Source: an uncultured virus (IMG/VR IMGVR_UViG_3300030098_005070)
Taxonomy: Duplodnaviria > Heunggongvirae > Uroviricota > Caudoviricetes
Length of the DNA: 64,000 nt
Virus record (IMG/VR): IMGVR_UViG_3300030098_005070
Strand: one strand, 5' to 3'
A model generated the notes under the pieces. It did not search any database, was not told the DNA's origin, and worked only from the letters and a program-made list of their open reading frames with translations. Positions 49,114 through 58,220 of the stretch are shown piece after piece (the stretch's first letter is position 1; each line of letters starts with the position of its first letter). The translations under genes and the position numbers were made by a program.

Positions 49114-49736
49114 AGATACCTCGTAGCCCTTTGTTGTGTCCCCGTCTTCCTATTGGCTTCTTCTGCGATTATATTCCCTACAGCCATTGCTGCTCTTCTT
49201 TCCATTGCCCCACCATGAACATTCACAGTAACATTAGTTTCTCCGGCTTTTCGATTAATAGCCTGTACAAGCCCACCTTCATTTTCAATAAGATATCTTA
49301 GCCCATCTAAAGTATCATTTAATCCCGCTAAAGGATGTCGAGTCTCCATATCAGCGAAACTTTTTCTCGGAGAATCAAAAGCAGCAGTAGGAGTAGGAGC
49401 AACATAGCCGGGAATATATGCACTCGCTGGCTTTCTTGGCCCTGAACCACCTCCCGCTACATTCTTTGGGTCAAAAGATAGCGTAGGAGAAGCATAACCA
49501 CCAGCCAAGGCGGAACTAACAGAACCTAATGCATCTTTACCTTTATCTTCTAGAGAAGAAAAGAAAGAATCTACTTGCGTTTTAAAATTTTCAAAAGCAA
49601 CAAGCCCTGTTGAAAACGCTCCCGCAAGTGCGCTACCAAGACCTCCAATCAAAGAAGAAATACTTGTTAAACCCGATGAAATAAGAGAAATAGATGAACT
49701 CACAGATGCTAAAGAGGAAATAATTGGAAGTACCAT
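49110..49736 (-). CDS. Short tape-measure-like protein
   Basis: Canonical position after the chaperone pair; S/G/A/L amphipathic N-terminus; NVTVNVHGG near C-terminus. Confidence 0.5.
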   Translation of the reverse strand: MVLPIISSLASVSSSISLISSGLTSISSLIGGLGSALAGAFSTGLVAFENFKTQVDSFFSSLEDKGKDALGSVSSALAGGYASPTLSFDPKNVAGGGSGPRKPASAYIPGYVAPTPTAAFDSPRKSFADMETRHPLAGLNDTLDGLRYLIENEGGLVQAINRKAGETNVTVNVHGGAMERRAAMAVGNIIAEEANRKTGTQQRATRYL

Positions 49737-50014
49737 CAGAAGTCCTCCAATTCTAAGAATGTATAATCAAGTGTCACGGTTTCGTTCCCCGTATTGCTTT
49801 GTGCAGAAGCCCGTTCTTGTTCTTTCCTATTTTTAGAATCAATAGCAAGCGCCCAAGAAAGCGATTGATTGAAAATTTCAGGAGACATTTGTGAGACCTC
49901 GGTTAATGATATGCCGTAATGTTTTGCGACTAAATAGGCGAACATTTGAGATTGCAGTTCTATATCTTTAGCAGTTTCTATACTGTTTTTCGATAAGAAA
50001 GTCTGCACTTTCAA
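49736..50014 (-). CDS. Tail assembly chaperone, downstream (T-like) segment; probably reached by -1 frameshift
   Basis: AYLVAKHYGISLTEVSQMSP pattern; only a TTG start with no RBS; -1 frame open across GGGGGGTTT. Confidence 0.6.
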   Translation of the reverse strand: MKVQTFLSKNSIETAKDIELQSQMFAYLVAKHYGISLTEVSQMSPEIFNQSLSWALAIDSKNRKEQERASAQSNTGNETVTLDYTFLELEDF

Positions 50015-50376
50015 TTGTTCGCTTTCGTAAACCCCCCTTGCATCATCTGTGCTATTTCATCGGGATTAGGTAAAACTGCGCTTATTTGCTCGCCTACATA
50101 TGCTGAAAGATTGAGCAACTCGTCAGGGGAAAGTTGTGGATTTGTGCGTGTAACCCAGTTACTGAAGGCGTAACGCCAATACGCCTGTAAATCAAGCGTT
50201 ACATCACCTTTTGTTACAATAAACATCTCTTGTGCTGCTTTCTGTACATCGAAAAACGACATACCTCTCACCCATATTTCCATGACCTGTTCAGGGTCAT
50301 CAGGGTCTACTTGTATTTCGTATCGTCTTTCATTCGTCTGTGTCATCAATTTGTTCTTGTCCACTATTTGGGGCAT
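50011..50376 (-). CDS. Tail assembly chaperone (G-like)
   Basis: GAGGTGA RBS; ~120 aa; downstream of tail tube; ends ...GGG GGG TTT ACG AAA GCG AAC AAT TGA. Confidence 0.65.
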   Translation of the reverse strand: MPQIVDKNKLMTQTNERRYEIQVDPDDPEQVMEIWVRGMSFFDVQKAAQEMFIVTKGDVTLDLQAYWRYAFSNWVTRTNPQLSPDELLNLSAYVGEQISAVLPNPDEIAQMMQGGFTKANN

Positions 50377-51043
50377 TTTCATTCACCTCGGTTGCAGCCT
50401 CTTGCGAGGGGGCATCCGACACTTCTTCAACAGCCTCTTGCGAGGGGGTTTCAGTCGTGTCATTTGGTTTTTCCAAAAGACCGTCATCATATTGGTTAAG
50501 GCGATGTACTACTTCGCCTTTAGTCCCACGAATGGTGATACCTCTTTCACGGCATACCTCTTGTAGTTCGCGTACGGTCAAGGAATTGTAATCTTTAGCA
50601 GGGAAAATAGGATTTGCGGTCATTATTGGCGAAGGTTCTTCAACTATTTCTTCACTTTCACTTTCACTTTCAGAAACGAAAACTGGAGTTATTTCTTCTT
50701 CAATAATTGGTGCTAATTCAGGAACTTCTTCCTCTATTTCAGGAATTATCTCTTCAATTTCAGGAATACTTTCTTCAATATCTTCTTCAATATCCACTTC
50801 TGTATCATTCAAAATCGCCTCTTCCACAACTTCTTCTGCAACTTCCACCCATGCAGGTTTTTCTTCTTCGACAGGTTCAGGGGGAAGATTAGTAATGAAA
50901 ACGTTATCTATTTTAGAAGATGTGCGGTATCGCATCATCTCAGCCTTAAAAGCCACACCAGTTTCAGCACACATCCACTCAATATACTCAGGAATTGTAT
51001 GTTTATTGAAGAATGAAAGTCTAACTGATTTTTCCGGTAGCAT
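50330..51043 (-). CDS. Acidic protein with SAP domain
   Basis: YNSLTVRELQEVCRERGITIRGTKGEVVHRL; E/P-rich linker. Confidence 0.8.
   Translation of the reverse strand: MLPEKSVRLSFFNKHTIPEYIEWMCAETGVAFKAEMMRYRTSSKIDNVFITNLPPEPVEEEKPAWVEVAEEVVEEAILNDTEVDIEEDIEESIPEIEEIIPEIEEEVPELAPIIEEEITPVFVSESESESEEIVEEPSPIMTANPIFPAKDYNSLTVRELQEVCRERGITIRGTKGEVVHRLNQYDDGLLEKPNDTTETPSQEAVEEVSDAPSQEAATEVNENAPNSGQEQIDDTDE
50395..50448 (-). repeat. 18-bp direct repeat x2, each a CCUC-GCAA-GAGG hairpin on the mRNA strand
   Basis: CAGCCTCTTGCGAGGGGG at 50395-50412 and 50431-50448. Confidence 0.85.
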
Positions 51044-51052
51044 CTTCTTACC

Positions 51053-53044
51053 TCATGAATGTAACAATGTATCCTTTGCAATAACGTGCATAGACTTGGG
51101 CATAATACGCATCATAGAGCGTAGTGGTCCTTTGTCTTCAGGTATAGGAAGAGGTGCTTCGGTAATGTAGTAATCATCTATTATGATATCTAGAGATTCT
51201 CTTGTAGCACCAGTACCTTGTTTTGTAAATGAAAATCGTATCATATCAGCATCAGTTGTGTCGCTGGTATCATCATCAAAATTATCTATAGAACGGCGCA
51301 TTTTGTGGTAAAACACAGGGTCATCTACGATTATTTCCATTTCTAAATCGTATTCTGTCTTACCTTCAACCGCCAAAGATGCATTTCTTGTACCAGCAAA
51401 AGGAACTTGGTCTGTTGCTGCATCTGCTACGTTTGCCCCATTTATTGTGTAGTATTGCTGTACACCAGTTGAACCGTTTAGTGTGAAACTGACTACTTGA
51501 CCAACTTGCACACCAGCGACTTGTATCGTTCCATTGTAAAACATAAACGGCTTTTGTGTGCGTTTCGCAACACCGGCCTCTTTTCTCTTTTGTTCTGTAT
51601 TGGCTGTATCTTCAAACAAACGATGAGTGTCATATCTGTCACCTTTTGTGGACTCTAACCGACCTGTATCTGTGTAAACTAAGGTAGAATCAAAATCTAC
51701 ACTCAATCTTAAGGCTGCATCAGTATCAGCAACTAAAGAGAAATTTTTGACTTTACAACCTCTAAATACACGAGTAAGTTGCTTTGAATCGGATGCTCCT
51801 CCATCAAATGAACCTTCATCGCTATCCGCATCAGTTCTTCTCACACTAACTTCCATTGCAAAAGAGGGAACTGTAGTTCTTGAAAACAGCAATCTTTCGA
51901 CAGGATTTGTTAGATTTCCGGTAGATGTGTCCATGTGTGGTGTACCACGAGTTGAATCACTTTCAAATCTCATAAATTTGATGGCGGTATTATCAGCATG
52001 AGAAAAATTGAATGGGTCGTCAACCCAAATTCTACCACTTCCGCTGCTGTCAGAAATAGCCACTACTCGTCTAATTTCTTGTTTTATAGCCCTACTAAGT
52101 ATAGAATTAGCACCATTAGTAGGCCATGTACCGTCACTTTGAGTTTCTCTGTTTACCTTAATGTCCGTTGTGGTAGCATCATTAATGACTACATAATCAC
52201 CAACGTCAATATCTACACTGTTTATTGCCGGTGCAGCAGAACCACCGTCATAGGTAAAAGAAGAATCTCCAGCAGAGATAATGCCATTTGTTAGGAAGGT
52301 TGCACCACCTGTATTACCTAATGTGTCGCCAGTAGCATAAGTTACCTCGTGCCCAAGGCAGTAGTATAGCCATCTAGCGTTATGGATATTACACTCAAAA
52401 GAGCCATTTGTGTTGAGGAAACGACCCGGCACTTGAACAGCAACATCTCTTCCTAGTCCAACGACATGAAATCGCTTCAAATCCACTTTAGTTTCAGGTA
52501 AAGTTACTGTATTCACCAAACCCACAAATTGGTCTGTAAGGACTCTTTCTTTACTCAATAAAGCATTATTCCCATCAGAAGTCATTGTTGCGTCCATAGA
52601 GGGTGTTGCGAAAGGAAGAATTCGCATTATTTCGTTTGCTTGAGAATCTTTGTTCCCTGAACTGTGATTTGTTTTCAAAGCAGGTGTAATTGTTAATTCA
52701 GTGACATCTGATGCTGTTACAGCGTGTTTAACTATGGTAAATGTTCGACCTAACACAGCATAATCGTCATCTGTATCAAACCCTGAACCCCCTTGTAGGT
52801 TAGTAAAAGCAACTTTAGAGCCTACTAGCATACCTACTGGATAATGAAGAAGGCCAGCATGAACTGGAGTATCATCAGCACCACCACTAAAAGTAATAAC
52901 ACTAGTATCTTTGACTAAATCTCTAGTTCCACTTTTAGCGATAAATTTGAAAGAGCCAGCATATCCATGTGGTAAATCCATACCACTTTCATGACCGAAA
53001 GTGACTTCTGTAAGGTCTCCCTTATACACAGTTGACGGTGGCAT
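51053..53044 (-). CDS. Major tail tube protein with inserted domains
   Basis: PSFAMEV...TRVFRGCKVKNFSL...LSVDF and PFMFYNGTI...SFTL tandem tube-fold motifs; gene position. Confidence 0.7.
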   Translation of the reverse strand: MPPSTVYKGDLTEVTFGHESGMDLPHGYAGSFKFIAKSGTRDLVKDTSVITFSGGADDTPVHAGLLHYPVGMLVGSKVAFTNLQGGSGFDTDDDYAVLGRTFTIVKHAVTASDVTELTITPALKTNHSSGNKDSQANEIMRILPFATPSMDATMTSDGNNALLSKERVLTDQFVGLVNTVTLPETKVDLKRFHVVGLGRDVAVQVPGRFLNTNGSFECNIHNARWLYYCLGHEVTYATGDTLGNTGGATFLTNGIISAGDSSFTYDGGSAAPAINSVDIDVGDYVVINDATTTDIKVNRETQSDGTWPTNGANSILSRAIKQEIRRVVAISDSSGSGRIWVDDPFNFSHADNTAIKFMRFESDSTRGTPHMDTSTGNLTNPVERLLFSRTTVPSFAMEVSVRRTDADSDEGSFDGGASDSKQLTRVFRGCKVKNFSLVADTDAALRLSVDFDSTLVYTDTGRLESTKGDRYDTHRLFEDTANTEQKRKEAGVAKRTQKPFMFYNGTIQVAGVQVGQVVSFTLNGSTGVQQYYTINGANVADAATDQVPFAGTRNASLAVEGKTEYDLEMEIIVDDPVFYHKMRRSIDNFDDDTSDTTDADMIRFSFTKQGTGATRESLDIIIDDYYITEAPLPIPEDKGPLRSMMRIMPKSMHVIAKDTLLHS

Positions 53045-53058
53045 GGTTCTCTCTCACC

Positions 53059-53508
53059 TCATGGGATTAGTTCTGCAAAGATAACTACTTCGACTTGGAA
53101 CGTAGTTCTGAATAGAAATTTAGTTCTATCCGACAAATCGGTACGGGTTTTGTAAACCAACCTATCCATATTCACACCATCGCCTTTTCTCTTAAGGTGT
53201 ATTATTCTTCTGATTTCATTTTCCATCAGTTGCTGTTGTTTTCGATTCTTCATCGTCCTAGCGTCTAATGTGATATTTATACGAGTTGTAACGAAATCGT
53301 ACAATAATTCAGGAGTTTCTTCGTTGTGTGCAGTTTCAAACACCATAACGTAATCGTGCTTTTTCATATCAATACGCTTACCACGCTCAGGACTTGTGTC
53401 AGCCATATCAATAATAATCGGCTTGATGCCGTTAGTATTGCCTCTATTCCAGTTGTCTTGTAACAACTTGATGACTAAATCAATTCCTTCTAGGAACGTT
53501 GCGACCAC
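53059..53508 (-). CDS. Putative tail terminator/completion protein
   Basis: 149 aa immediately upstream of the tube gene; ITLDAR...EIRRII. Confidence 0.55.
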   Translation of the reverse strand: MVATFLEGIDLVIKLLQDNWNRGNTNGIKPIIIDMADTSPERGKRIDMKKHDYVMVFETAHNEETPELLYDFVTTRINITLDARTMKNRKQQQLMENEIRRIIHLKRKGDGVNMDRLVYKTRTDLSDRTKFLFRTTFQVEVVIFAELIP

Positions 53509-53863
53509 TTTGCTCTACCTCCTTTAGATGATATCGAACATCAGGTACGATTACTCCGCCTCGATATTCTACGTGATTTCGATATAATTCAGGGCTTTCA
53601 GTAAGCATTCTCTTATCTACAAACCCATCAATAAGTTCAACATACTCTTCGTCTACTGGATTTCCAAAATTATCTTCTATTTCACCAGTAGGAGTCTCTC
53701 TAATTTGTGCAAGAGCCATCTCTTCTCTTTTGATTCGGTCTCTGTAATCGGGATTTTCTCGCTTAAACGCAGACTGTAAATCGTTTTGCATTTCTTTATC
53801 CTTAGCAAACGCCTTTACGACTTGCTCAAGAAATATTTTAGTTTCAGCAGAAGGCTTACTCAA
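53480..53863 (-). CDS. Hypothetical protein (neck region)
   Basis: ORF overlapping both neighbours. Confidence 0.65.
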   Translation of the reverse strand: MSKPSAETKIFLEQVVKAFAKDKEMQNDLQSAFKRENPDYRDRIKREEMALAQIRETPTGEIEDNFGNPVDEEYVELIDGFVDKRMLTESPELYRNHVEYRGGVIVPDVRYHLKEVEQSGRNVPRRN

Positions 53864-55427
53864 AGGCTACCACCTCAATATATCGGGGTAGCGTTGCATC
53901 AATATCTTGACGATAAAGTTGAATTTTAGACGATAAATCTACATTTTGTGTGCCTTCAGGGATTAAAACACTTCTATCATCATTCATTAATAAATCAATA
54001 GCAACCATTTTTGTACAAACATCTTCAATGGCTTTTTCTAGATATCTTTCACCGTAAATGTATGAAACTTTTACAGCGTTCCACTCAAAGAAAGGATAGG
54101 AATTGTTGAAGTAAATAATACCCATTTCGTTATCAATCCACCAATCTCTTAGTCTCCCTTTATCCCCACTGGCGCTTCCTCCTTGCAAATCAATAGCAAG
54201 ACGATGCTGCTTTAGGGATGTACCGCTAGATGCAAGTGTAGTTAGTGGAGTTCCACTAACATTTGTACAGCCAGTAAAAGTTGTAGATGTTTTTCCGGTA
54301 TAAGCGAGAACTTCATTTCCTACCATAATCAAACCAGCATTCACAAATCCTTCAGTAGAAGCAACTGTAACAGTTGTAGAAACAACAGAAACACTGGTAG
54401 TAGTTTCTTCATGAGTTTGAGATATTGTAATTGCAGAGGTGTCTGTACATGCTATTGTGCTAGTTTCACCACCAACAGTATCCCTCATACTACTAATTTT
54501 CACAATACCAGTGCCATAGTCAGCATTTGCAGTTGCTAAGAATTCATTGTGAACTGCAACATTAGATGTACTTCCCGGTAGGGTAAAAGTAGGAGCAAAC
54601 TCGATTGCTGCTCTTGAAACACGGTCCTCTTTATTGATTAAATCAGCAAGAGCCTGTGCTGTTGAAACCTTATCGAAATCTGCTCTCCATGTAGAAGTAG
54701 TTGTACCAACAGAAAGGGTAGCGTAACTTCCACCAGCACTCAGATAGACTGAATCACCACTTAGAGCAGTGTAATCTGCAATTTCCACTCTTGCTTCAGC
54801 AGCACCAATTTCACGATAGTCATCACCCTGCCACAGTTCTATACGCAACATTTGTTGAATATTCCTGAATAATAGGGGGGTTGTACCTACATAATCGGTA
54901 TAATATCGCCTTCTATACGGTTTATATGTGTCGAAATTGATATATTCGGCTGTAACTAGATTCGGTCTCCAAGAGTTATGTGTGAGATTATCTATCCTAT
55001 CTTGTGCCCTTTTAATCAGGGTTTCGACCTTACTTTTCTTAACTCCTCTTGTTTTCCCATTAGTAAAAGAGGCTTGATTCTGAACGAAAGTATTGTCAGC
55101 CGCTTGATAATCAGCGGCAGTTATACTTGAAGTGAAATTTAATTTTACACCATTTACAGATGTAGTAATAGATGAAATTGTACGCTCAATCCCCAATGGG
55201 TCTGCGTCTGAATAAATTAGAATGGTATCATCAACTGACCATCCACAGTTCCGATAATCTGCACCAGTGATATATACACCATCTGAATCGCTATCTGCCG
55301 CAACTGCTACTTCTTCTTGAGGTCCAATCTCAAGTAGGTCTGCTACCTTTTGAGCGGTTGTATAGACGATAGCATCAGGGTCTAAGGGGCGTGTTTCAGC
55401 CTCACCCGGACTGAACACTTGTGGCAT
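53856..55427 (-). CDS. Head-tail adaptor (gp6/gp15-like) enlarged by inserted beta domains
   Basis: YTTAQKVADLL, LIKRAQDRIDNLT, VKVSYIYG...AIEDVCTKMVA. Confidence 0.7.
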   Translation of the reverse strand: MPQVFSPGEAETRPLDPDAIVYTTAQKVADLLEIGPQEEVAVAADSDSDGVYITGADYRNCGWSVDDTILIYSDADPLGIERTISSITTSVNGVKLNFTSSITAADYQAADNTFVQNQASFTNGKTRGVKKSKVETLIKRAQDRIDNLTHNSWRPNLVTAEYINFDTYKPYRRRYYTDYVGTTPLLFRNIQQMLRIELWQGDDYREIGAAEARVEIADYTALSGDSVYLSAGGSYATLSVGTTTSTWRADFDKVSTAQALADLINKEDRVSRAAIEFAPTFTLPGSTSNVAVHNEFLATANADYGTGIVKISSMRDTVGGETSTIACTDTSAITISQTHEETTTSVSVVSTTVTVASTEGFVNAGLIMVGNEVLAYTGKTSTTFTGCTNVSGTPLTTLASSGTSLKQHRLAIDLQGGSASGDKGRLRDWWIDNEMGIIYFNNSYPFFEWNAVKVSYIYGERYLEKAIEDVCTKMVAIDLLMNDDRSVLIPEGTQNVDLSSKIQLYRQDIDATLPRYIEVVAFE

Positions 55428-55726
55428 TACTCTCTAGCCTCCTCACTTCTCTCTGCTAAATTATATTCCATAGGCTTATCACACGCACCGCAAGTTTCTC
55501 GGTACATGAAATGCAAGAAGCCGCAGTAGCGACAACGAGTGCCACATCCTATGTTTAGGATATCGCCAATGTTCTTATTTCGTTGTCGCTGCTGCGAAAC
55601 CACTCCTGCTAGTGGTTTTTCCGTGTTGAAAACCGAACCCTCTCCGATAGATGACGACAAGCGAACATTCTGCTTTTGTGCCGTTTCTAAGTCATCTATC
55701 TCAAGTGTTCGGAGTTCAAATCCCAT
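55427..55726 (-). CDS. Zinc-ribbon protein
   Basis: CRYCG...CGACD; GGAGGCGG RBS. Confidence 0.75.
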   Translation of the reverse strand: MGFELRTLEIDDLETAQKQNVRLSSSIGEGSVFNTEKPLAGVVSQQRQRNKNIGDILNIGCGTRCRYCGFLHFMYRETCGACDKPMEYNLAERSEEARE

Positions 55727-55745
55727 GTAGTACCGCCTCCCCTCA

Positions 55746-55913
55746 TCAGGAAGTGTGCGTTACTACAATGAAAACATTTCCCAAAACAACTACTGGTTCA
55801 GCACCGACTAGCGTTCCCGAAGGAAGAGCCGATGTTAAATCACTGTTGAGTGTGGTCAAGTCCGAGAATTCTTTCGGACTAAATGGACCAAGAACTGTAA
55901 CGCCTCGTGCCAC
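55746..55913 (-). CDS. 55-aa hypothetical structural protein (not in ORF track)
   Basis: GTG start after GAGGCGGTGA; MARGVTVLGPFSPKEFSDL...VVVLGNVFIVVTHTS; fills the gap between neighbours. Confidence 0.7.
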   Translation of the reverse strand: MARGVTVLGPFSPKEFSDLTTLNSDLTSALPSGTLVGAEPVVVLGNVFIVVTHTS

Positions 55914-55927
55914 GCCTAATCACCGCC

Positions 55928-56209
55928 TCAGTTGCGGCGACCAAATGCGTACCATGTGCCGTCTTGTCCTGCCACTGATTGCACTACTAGAGTGCTGCCG
56001 TTGATTAGGGCAAAAACCCCGTCAACACCAGCACCAGTACCAGCAGTACTACTTCCAGCGTTAGCACCACATCCGATGATTCCTGATAGATAGGCGGAAA
56101 GGTCAATGCTCCCTCCTGTATCAGAACCACCGTTAGTGAATGTGCCAGTCACCATAAGTAGGTCTCCTATGTAGTGCGGTCTTGTGTCAATTGTACTTGC
56201 AAATGCCAT
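55928..56209 (-). CDS. Small structural protein (possible capsid decoration)
   Basis: GGAGTGA RBS; G/T/A-rich beta protein downstream of MCP. Confidence 0.6.
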   Translation of the reverse strand: MAFASTIDTRPHYIGDLLMVTGTFTNGGSDTGGSIDLSAYLSGIIGCGANAGSSTAGTGAGVDGVFALINGSTLVVQSVAGQDGTWYAFGRRN

Positions 56210-56215
56210 TTATTA

Positions 56216-56653
56216 TCACTCCGTTATTGTTTCAGTTGTTTCTTCAGTTGTTGTTTCTTCAACCACCGGCTCCTCAACTACAACCTCTTCCTCAACCACT
56301 GGTGGTTCAGGTTCAGGTTCAGGTTCAGGCGCTGGTGGGTTTAGTATTTCATCAACCATTGTAAGTAGTGTTCCTTTTGTTCGATACGAACCGGATAGGT
56401 CAACACCGTTATCGGTTAGCCAAGTAATGATTTCACCCCTTCTCCATGAAGAATCAGGGATTCCATCGTTTCCTTCGTCTACATGAGGTGCTTCATCCCC
56501 ATCAAGGGTGAAGTAAGGAAGTACGAGGTATCGGCGGAATTCATCCACCCATTCCTGCGATACTTCCCGTACTTCACCACGAGAAAAGTCCGGCGTGTAC
56601 GCATCGGGACTCCTTCGGTAGAAGGAAGGACCGTTATATCGTACAGTCGGCAT
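56216..56653 (-). CDS. Protein with HeH/LEM/SAP-like motif and acidic tail
   Basis: SWRRGEIITWLTDNGV......TKGTLLTMV; PEPEPE/E-rich C-terminus. Confidence 0.65.
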   Translation of the reverse strand: MPTVRYNGPSFYRRSPDAYTPDFSRGEVREVSQEWVDEFRRYLVLPYFTLDGDEAPHVDEGNDGIPDSSWRRGEIITWLTDNGVDLSGSYRTKGTLLTMVDEILNPPAPEPEPEPEPPVVEEEVVVEEPVVEETTTEETTETITE

Positions 56654-56664
56654 AGGTAGTCACC

Positions 56665-57060
56665 TCAGTTGTACATTACCAGTACGTTGGTAGTGTTTGC
56701 TGAACCACTTAGGTACTGTAGTGTGATGGTAAGGCTACTTACACTTGCACCAACGGATACTGCTGCTGTTCCTGAGTCAGTTGTGAAAACTGAAAGGATG
56801 CTGCTGATTCCGCCAGCCAAAACGATAGTCTCACCGTCTGCACCGCCGGTTACACTGATTAGCGCCATTTTTGGCGCTGCGTCGTATCCGTTTGCACCAT
56901 CTGAATTTGATGCTTGGAAAGTACCCGGACCACCGCCCGGATAAGATACGTCTGCTGCTCCGTCTAACCATTCAGTGGTGTCCTGTGAACCCGCTCGGAG
57001 TTCCCATGCACCGACTAATGTTGCTGTTGCTGTTCCGCTTAATGTTAATTCACTTGCCAT
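56665..57060 (-). CDS. Small structural protein (possible minor capsid protein)
   Basis: GAGGTGA RBS; immediately after MCP. Confidence 0.6.
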   Translation of the reverse strand: MASELTLSGTATATLVGAWELRAGSQDTTEWLDGAADVSYPGGGPGTFQASNSDGANGYDAAPKMALISVTGGADGETIVLAGGISSILSVFTTDSGTAAVSVGASVSSLTITLQYLSGSANTTNVLVMYN

Positions 57061-57071
57061 ACTTAATCACC

Positions 57072-58202
57072 TCACTGCAAATCCCTGACGCTTCCATGCG
57101 CCCCAAAGAACGTTGTCCAAATCTCACCCATAGTTCGGTATAGACCTTCCTGACCGAGACGGTTGATGGCGAATGGGTCGCCAGTTTCAATTCCACTCTC
57201 GTAATATTGGGTTGGGATTGCTGTACTGAAATATACATAATCTGTGTCTAGGAAATACATCCTGCTAATTCCGTCCTTGGTTACATCCTTGGATGGAATG
57301 ATTGGAACTCCGTTGTAGGTTGCTACAATGAATCCAGCCTCGATACCGGGTACACCCTTTACACCGTTGTAGGTCGGGGTGACTCTCTTTTCTTCCATAA
57401 AGCGCTGTTGGCTTTGTAGGAGTTGCTGAAGGCGCATTAGAGTGTCATATCCAGTTAGGATGACCTTCGGGTTGCCTCCTCGCTCCCATATGTTTTGGAA
57501 CAAAGTGTCAAGTTGGTCAAGACTTAGGTTTCTGTTAGTGCTTGAAGAATCTGCGTTGTCTTCAGCGAAAGCCCAAGTGTTAGAACTTCGGTCAATCGAG
57601 TAGATATCTTCGTCACCAGCATCGTAGTGAGTACCGGAAGCCATCTGATTGTTTCCAACAGTGATTCTGTCTAGAGACTCAAAGTTGTTACCTGCAACAG
57701 TTGATGCATCAGTTAGAAGCATCTTGTTGACCATCTCAGCGTGGTGCTTACCCATTTCTTCCTTCATGACTGAGCGGATATCGCCTAGTCCGTCATCCTT
57801 GTCAGCAAGGAAAATTGCTGTCTCGGACATATCGAAGGTGTGAGCGATGGTCTTCGGTTTTGCTGCTACGTGCTGGAAAGTTGGCTTTACAGTCTCAGGT
57901 AGTGTTGCGTTTTCTGCAACTCCACCGTGAAGTGCGCCACCGTTTGGCTTTCCAGTAATAACTCTCCAACCGGACCTGTCCCAAGGCCTCTTTGGTAGAA
58001 TGCTGAATGCGTTGAACTCTTGGTTCAATTGCGACCATACCTTGCGTCCGTAGATTGCTTGGTATGTTCCAGCGGTTGTGCTGAGCATAGGTGCATCAGC
58101 CTTTAGCAACTCACTACCGGAGTAGGAGTAGCCCATTGCGTTCCCAGCGCCATAGTAATAGCGCTCCATGTCAGTTATTGTGCGTACGTAATCTCTTGCC
58201 AT
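57072..58202 (-). CDS. Major capsid protein (HK97 fold)
   Basis: 376 aa after protease/scaffold; GGVAENATLPET, KPKTIAHTF, YNGVPIIPSKD..MYFLDTDY. Confidence 0.9.
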   Translation of the reverse strand: MARDYVRTITDMERYYYGAGNAMGYSYSGSELLKADAPMLSTTAGTYQAIYGRKVWSQLNQEFNAFSILPKRPWDRSGWRVITGKPNGGALHGGVAENATLPETVKPTFQHVAAKPKTIAHTFDMSETAIFLADKDDGLGDIRSVMKEEMGKHHAEMVNKMLLTDASTVAGNNFESLDRITVGNNQMASGTHYDAGDEDIYSIDRSSNTWAFAEDNADSSSTNRNLSLDQLDTLFQNIWERGGNPKVILTGYDTLMRLQQLLQSQQRFMEEKRVTPTYNGVKGVPGIEAGFIVATYNGVPIIPSKDVTKDGISRMYFLDTDYVYFSTAIPTQYYESGIETGDPFAINRLGQEGLYRTMGEIWTTFFGAHGSVRDLQ

Positions 58203-58220
58203 TCATAATCACCTTCCTAT

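Noticed and set aside
56305..56330. (GGTTCA)n tandem repeat
   Set aside because: Encodes the PEPEPEP low-complexity linker.
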